From: an uncultured bacterium | GTDB taxonomy: Bacteria > Patescibacteriota > Patescibacteriia > CAIQCM01 | Length of the DNA stretch: 64,000 nucleotides | Assembly: GCA_963708045.1 (NCBI GenBank) | Contig: OY970181.1 | Span: 67,740-131,739, forward strand | Reading direction: 5' to 3' | Part shown: positions 59,909-64,000 of the stretch, piece by piece | How the letters are laid out: each line of letters starts with the position of its first letter | Numbering within the stretch: position 1 is the stretch's first letter | Position numbers and translations under genes: made by a program | The notes under the pieces: model-generated | What the model was told of the DNA's origin: nothing | Database searches by the model: none | Seen by the model: the letters and a program-made list of their open reading frames with translations, nothing else

Positions 59909-62158
59909 ATGTATCTCCAACGCTTAGAAATTCAGGGCTTTAAGTCGTTCGCCTCAAAGACGACGATTTTATTTTCCGCGGCCGGCGACGATGGCCGCCG
60001 CGGCCTTACCGCCATTGTCGGACCAAACGGTTCGGGCAAATCCAACATCGCTGACGCGATGCGTTGGGTTATGGGCGAACAATCATTAAAACAGCTACGC
60101 GGAAAAAAGAGCGAAGACGTTATTTTTTCCGGCTCGGACAAACGGGCAAAAATGGGTATGGCCGAGGTTTCGTTATTTTTAAAAAATGAACACGGCGTTG
60201 CCGGCTCGGCTGAAGACGATTCCGTGGACACAATTCTTAATGCGCCCGAAATTGTAATTACCCGCCGCCTTTTCCGCGACGGCACTTCGGAGTACCTCCT
60301 TAACGGCGCCCGAGCGCGGCTTTCCGATATTAATATGCTGCTCGCCAAAGCCGCGATCGGCGAACGCGGCTTTACGATTATTGGCCAAGGAATGATTGAC
60401 CAGTTTCTTTTTCTTTCGCCCGAAGAGCGCAAAGAAGCGATTGACGAAGCCGCCGGCATCCGCCACCTGCAAATAAAAAAGAACGAGGCCGAACGCAAAC
60501 TCGCGGCGACTCGCGAAAATCTGCGTGAAGCTGAAGTTTTGCTCGGCGAAATTGAACCGCGCTTGCGTTCGCTCGGCCGAATGGTGAAGCGCCTTAGCGA
60601 ACGCGAAGAAATGGAAAAAGAATTAAAATCGCTCCAAGCGCGCCACTACGGTTCGCTTTATAATTCGCTACTAAAAGAAGTCGTGACCGTTCGCGCTGGG
60701 ATGAGCGTTAAAGAAAAAATCGTCGCCGAAAAAGAAAGCGCCATTCGCGTTGTCCAAGAAAAATTAAATTCTCTAGAAAAAGCCGAGACCTCGTCTTCAA
60801 AACTTTTAGACTTTCAAAAAGAACTTGAGCCTTTGCACGCCGAGCGCCAACGCTTGCGCGATCGCGCTTTTGAAATTCGCGTTACGGCCGAGCGCACAAA
60901 AAACACCCAACTGCCAATGGCCGCGATTATCGCCGGCGTGGAAACGCTTCAGGCCGAAGAACAAACGTTGCTTGGCAAAATTCAAGCCGCAACGACGCTA
61001 GAAGACTTGGACGCCTTAAAAATCGCCGCGCAAAACTTGGATGCGCGCGTTACCAAATTCCTTGGTACGCTTCGCGGCGAAACGCGCAATAAAGAAAACG
61101 AAAAAAATCTGGCCGAGGTTGAAGCTGGTATTAACAACGTCAACGCCAAAATTAACGCCGTTCAGGCCAAGATCGCCGCGTCTTCAAAAAACGAACAAGA
61201 GCAAAAGTCGGCCTTCTTTGACATTCAGCGCGAATACCAAACCCTGCTTGAAGCCGCTACCTTTGCGCGGCAAGAACTTGGCGAGCGCCGCGTTACTTTG
61301 GCCAAGCTGGAACAGCGCTTGGAAGATTTGGAATCGGAAATAAAAGCCGAAATGCAGATAGAAAATATTGCCGACGTGCTTAAGGGTGCGGCCGAACCGG
61401 CTAACGAAATTTTAGGGAACAATCTTGATAGCCCCGAAGAAGCGTATCGCCATATTCAACGGCTTAAACAACAAGTGGCGGCGATCGGCGGCATTGACCC
61501 CGAAGTTGTTCGCGAACATGCCGAAACCGCGACTCGTTACGAAACCCTAAAAACGCAATACGACGACCTTATCTCCGCCGAAGGAAAATTGTTGGAGCTC
61601 GGAAAAGAATTGGACGAAACAATCGGTAAATCTTTTCACGAAGCGTTTAAAAAAATCAGCGTTGAGTTTGAAAAATTCTTCAAAATTCTTTTTAACGGCG
61701 GTAGTGCGAAATTGGTTTATCTTGAACCGGAAGAAGTGTTGCCCGAAGAAAATTCTGCCGAAGGCGAAACAACCGAAGCCGCAAAACCCGTTCGCACCAA
61801 GCCGGGCGTAGAAATTATCGCCCAACCGCCAGGAAAACGCGTTAAGTCAATGAGCATTCTTTCGGGCGGCGAACGCGCACTTACGGCGATCGCCCTTATT
61901 TCCGCGATCATCGCCGTAAACCCCTCCCCCTTTGTTGTTTTGGACGAAGTTGACGCCGCCTTGGACGAAGCCAACTCCGTCCGCTTTGCCGACATTATTT
62001 TTGAACTGACTAACAAAACGCAATTTATCGTCGTCACCCACAACCGCTACACGATGGAGCGCGCCGGCCTTATCTACGGCGTCACGATGGGCGACGACGC
62101 CGTCTCTAAAATTTTGTCTATCAAATTTGAGGAGGCAGTGGTTGGGAGTACGAAGTAA
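59909..62158 (+). CDS. smc: Short SMC family ATPase
   Basis: [28 protein letters not shown]; only about 750 aa. Confidence 0.92.
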   Translation: MYLQRLEIQGFKSFASKTTILFSAAGDDGRRGLTAIVGPNGSGKSNIADAMRWVMGEQSLKQLRGKKSEDVIFSGSDKRAKMGMAEVSLFLKNEHGVAGSAEDDSVDTILNAPEIVITRRLFRDGTSEYLLNGARARLSDINMLLAKAAIGERGFTIIGQGMIDQFLFLSPEERKEAIDEAAGIRHLQIKKNEAERKLAATRENLREAEVLLGEIEPRLRSLGRMVKRLSEREEMEKELKSLQARHYGSLYNSLLKEVVTVRAGMSVKEKIVAEKESAIRVVQEKLNSLEKAETSSSKLLDFQKELEPLHAERQRLRDRAFEIRVTAERTKNTQLPMAAIIAGVETLQAEEQTLLGKIQAATTLEDLDALKIAAQNLDARVTKFLGTLRGETRNKENEKNLAEVEAGINNVNAKINAVQAKIAASSKNEQEQKSAFFDIQREYQTLLEAATFARQELGERRVTLAKLEQRLEDLESEIKAEMQIENIADVLKGAAEPANEILGNNLDSPEEAYRHIQRLKQQVAAIGGIDPEVVREHAETATRYETLKTQYDDLISAEGKLLELGKELDETIGKSFHEAFKKISVEFEKFFKILFNGGSAKLVYLEPEEVLPEENSAEGETTEAAKPVRTKPGVEIIAQPPGKRVKSMSILSGGERALTAIALISAIIAVNPSPFVVLDEVDAALDEANSVRFADIIFELTNKTQFIVVTHNRYTMERAGLIYGVTMGDDAVSKILSIKFEEAVVGSTK

Positions 62159-62159
62159 T

Positions 62160-64000
62160 ATGAAGCCTATGGATAACCCCAAATTTAACGAGCCGATAAA
62201 AGCGGATTATCCTCTACCTGACCAATATTCTCCATCCCAAAATACAGAACGCCGAGAAAAATTGGACGAGATTCGTGCTGAATTAAACAGACTAGCCACC
62301 ACACCAAAAAATCATCCAGTGGACACGTCTGCCGATTTGCAAGCAATCCGCCAAGAACTCGGTTCGGAAGTACCCGCTGCGATCGGACAAGCCCAAGAGA
62401 AGACAGACCAAGAAGCGCGCTTCTTGGTTGATTTGGAAAATAGGCGCAAGGATGAACTTGCGCGTGAAGAAAAAATTTTGTCTTTTCTTATAGAGAGTTT
62501 ACCAGAAACCGAAGAACGTATCGGTAAAAAAATGGACCCGCACTCTGAAGTAGCAGTCGTCATCCCCGCTTATAGCGAGCGTGATTTTATTTTGCGACCG
62601 TTAGAATCTTTGGCGGAACAAAGAAATGTCTCAACCGATCAATTTGAGGTCATCGTCGTCGTCAACAATCCGGATGATACGCCCGCCCGTACGCCCGACG
62701 AAACAGACGATGACTATCGTCGTAAAATGGAACAGTACCGCAAGTCGCTCATGGAAAATCAGGAAACACTCAAGCTCATCCGCTTGCTAAATGATGAATC
62801 AACCGACGTCGCCGTAAACGCCGAGGAAATGGAAATAATAAAAAAAATCCGTCTCTCTGGTCTAAAAGTCTACGCCATAGACAAAGCTAGTCACGGAAAA
62901 ACACTTCCACCGAGCGAAGCCAATGTCGGCGGCGCTAGAAACCGCGGCGTTGCCGAGGCATGCGCTCGTTTCTACGAGGCAGGGAGAAACGGCATCATCG
63001 CCCAATCCGATGCTGACACCAAATTTGATGAACATTATATAGAGAACCTGATCAGAACTTTTCAGGAACGTCCCGAAATCGTCGGCTTAACAGGCAACTC
63101 CCAGTTTGAGGAATTGGAAGGCAACAAAGAGTTGGGATTGATTCTGTATAAATACGACGAGGCCTTGTATGAATACAAGGGGCTCCTAAAAAAATTATCA
63201 ATGGCACCAGAGGAAAAGAAGAGCGAGTCGGACGTGTTTTTTAGTGGTGCCAATATGGCCAGCCGTGCTTTTGAAACAGCAATCGTTGGCGGCGTTCCAA
63301 AAATCAGCGGCGGTGAAGATCCGGCGTTCGGAAAACGTCTTGAGACGGTTGGAAAAATCGTAAGAGTTGAAGATATCATCACAATGCCAGCCTTTCGTTT
63401 CTCTGCCCGAACAGCAAAGGACTCGGGGCAAGGACAAAGCAATATACGTTTTGCTGAGAACCTCCGAAAGCATGGCGCCTTGATGGTCAAAAATCCCGAA
63501 ATATCTTTGCGCGAAAGAGAAATTAAAGTAAGCATGGAAGAAATTTTTGCCACAGAAAAAGCAAAGCAAATTTCTCCCCAAGAAATCAGCGAAATTTTTT
63601 CTATCAACGGAAAGCATTTATTAACAGACAGCGAGTCCGAACTTTTAAGCGCTAAGCTAAAAGAAGCGGCTGACCCAAGGCAACTATCCAGCGATCCAGA
63701 GCTAGCTTTTTTAAAAACAAACTTTAGACAAGCCCTTAATGACTCGCTACCAGAATTACCCTTTGACGTGGCCACGGCTAAAATCATAGATTTATTTAAA
63801 AGAGATCCAGGTGTAGCTCATAAATACGAAATTAATCTTGCGAAAATCTTAGAAAAAGAAAAGATTAAGTTAGAAAAACGAGCACAGCTCCTCAATAAAA
63901 TTTTTGAGGTGTCTTTCCGTGACAAGCCCCAAAAACCAGACAGTAAGTGGGTATTCCGGGTACTGCAAGACAATAGAGCGGAGCTCGGTTTGGATGAAAA
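62160..64000 (+). CDS. Large protein with glycosyltransferase family 2-like domain, runs off the window
   Basis: Open frame from ATG 62160, not in the ORF track: VVIPAYSE, FEVIVVVNN, VGGARNRG, AQSDADT, SGANMA, GGED. Confidence 0.8.
   Translation, partial: MKPMDNPKFNEPIKADYPLPDQYSPSQNTERREKLDEIRAELNRLATTPKNHPVDTSADLQAIRQELGSEVPAAIGQAQEKTDQEARFLVDLENRRKDELAREEKILSFLIESLPETEERIGKKMDPHSEVAVVIPAYSERDFILRPLESLAEQRNVSTDQFEVIVVVNNPDDTPARTPDETDDDYRRKMEQYRKSLMENQETLKLIRLLNDESTDVAVNAEEMEIIKKIRLSGLKVYAIDKASHGKTLPPSEANVGGARNRGVAEACARFYEAGRNGIIAQSDADTKFDEHYIENLIRTFQERPEIVGLTGNSQFEELEGNKELGLILYKYDEALYEYKGLLKKLSMAPEEKKSESDVFFSGANMASRAFETAIVGGVPKISGGEDPAFGKRLETVGKIVRVEDIITMPAFRFSARTAKDSGQGQSNIRFAENLRKHGALMVKNPEISLREREIKVSMEEIFATEKAKQISPQEISEIFSINGKHLLTDSESELLSAKLKEAADPRQLSSDPELAFLKTNFRQALNDSLPELPFDVATAKIIDLFKRDPGVAHKYEINLAKILEKEKIKLEKRAQLLNKIFEVSFRDKPQKPDSKWVFRVLQDNRAELGLDE

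Noticed and set aside
63062-63787. Minus-strand 241-aa ORF in the track
   Set aside because: Shadow of the long plus-strand GT2-like frame starting at 62160.

Overview
Bacterial chromosome segment read in code 11. Gene content and intergenic style point to a Patescibacteria/CPR genome (inference): short hingeless SMC, PilB/PilT/pilin, VanW, TrmB, core genes without Shine-Dalgarno sites, palindrome-rich intergenic DNA. Housekeeping genes are rny, HU, proS, typA, pilT, rnc, nusB, rpmF, gyrA, rpsA, ftsH, tsaE, tsaD, mgtA, nrdD/nrdG (with tandem NrdR boxes), clpP, nrnA-like and smc. There are three tRNAs (Arg-TCG, Lys-CTT, Glu-TTC) and an accessory ORFan region at about 33.6-43.8 kb ending at tRNA-Glu. 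gyrA and ftsH each carry a single-base homopolymer frameshift, probably a sequencing error. The main discovery is at 13171-14840: a complete tryptophan-sensing circuit absent from the ORF track (promoter, TrpR-type operator, trpR, a 24-aa GWWRT leader peptide and a 1:2/2:3/3:4 attenuator). It controls an uncharacterised radical SAM/SPASM enzyme instead of trp biosynthesis genes. Other leads: a hairpin family with a fixed ~70-nt loop, paired inverted heptamer arrays, probable remote DGR-target genes, cassette-like duplications at tRNA-Glu and two candidate ncRNAs. All calls are by eye; no searches or folding computations were run.
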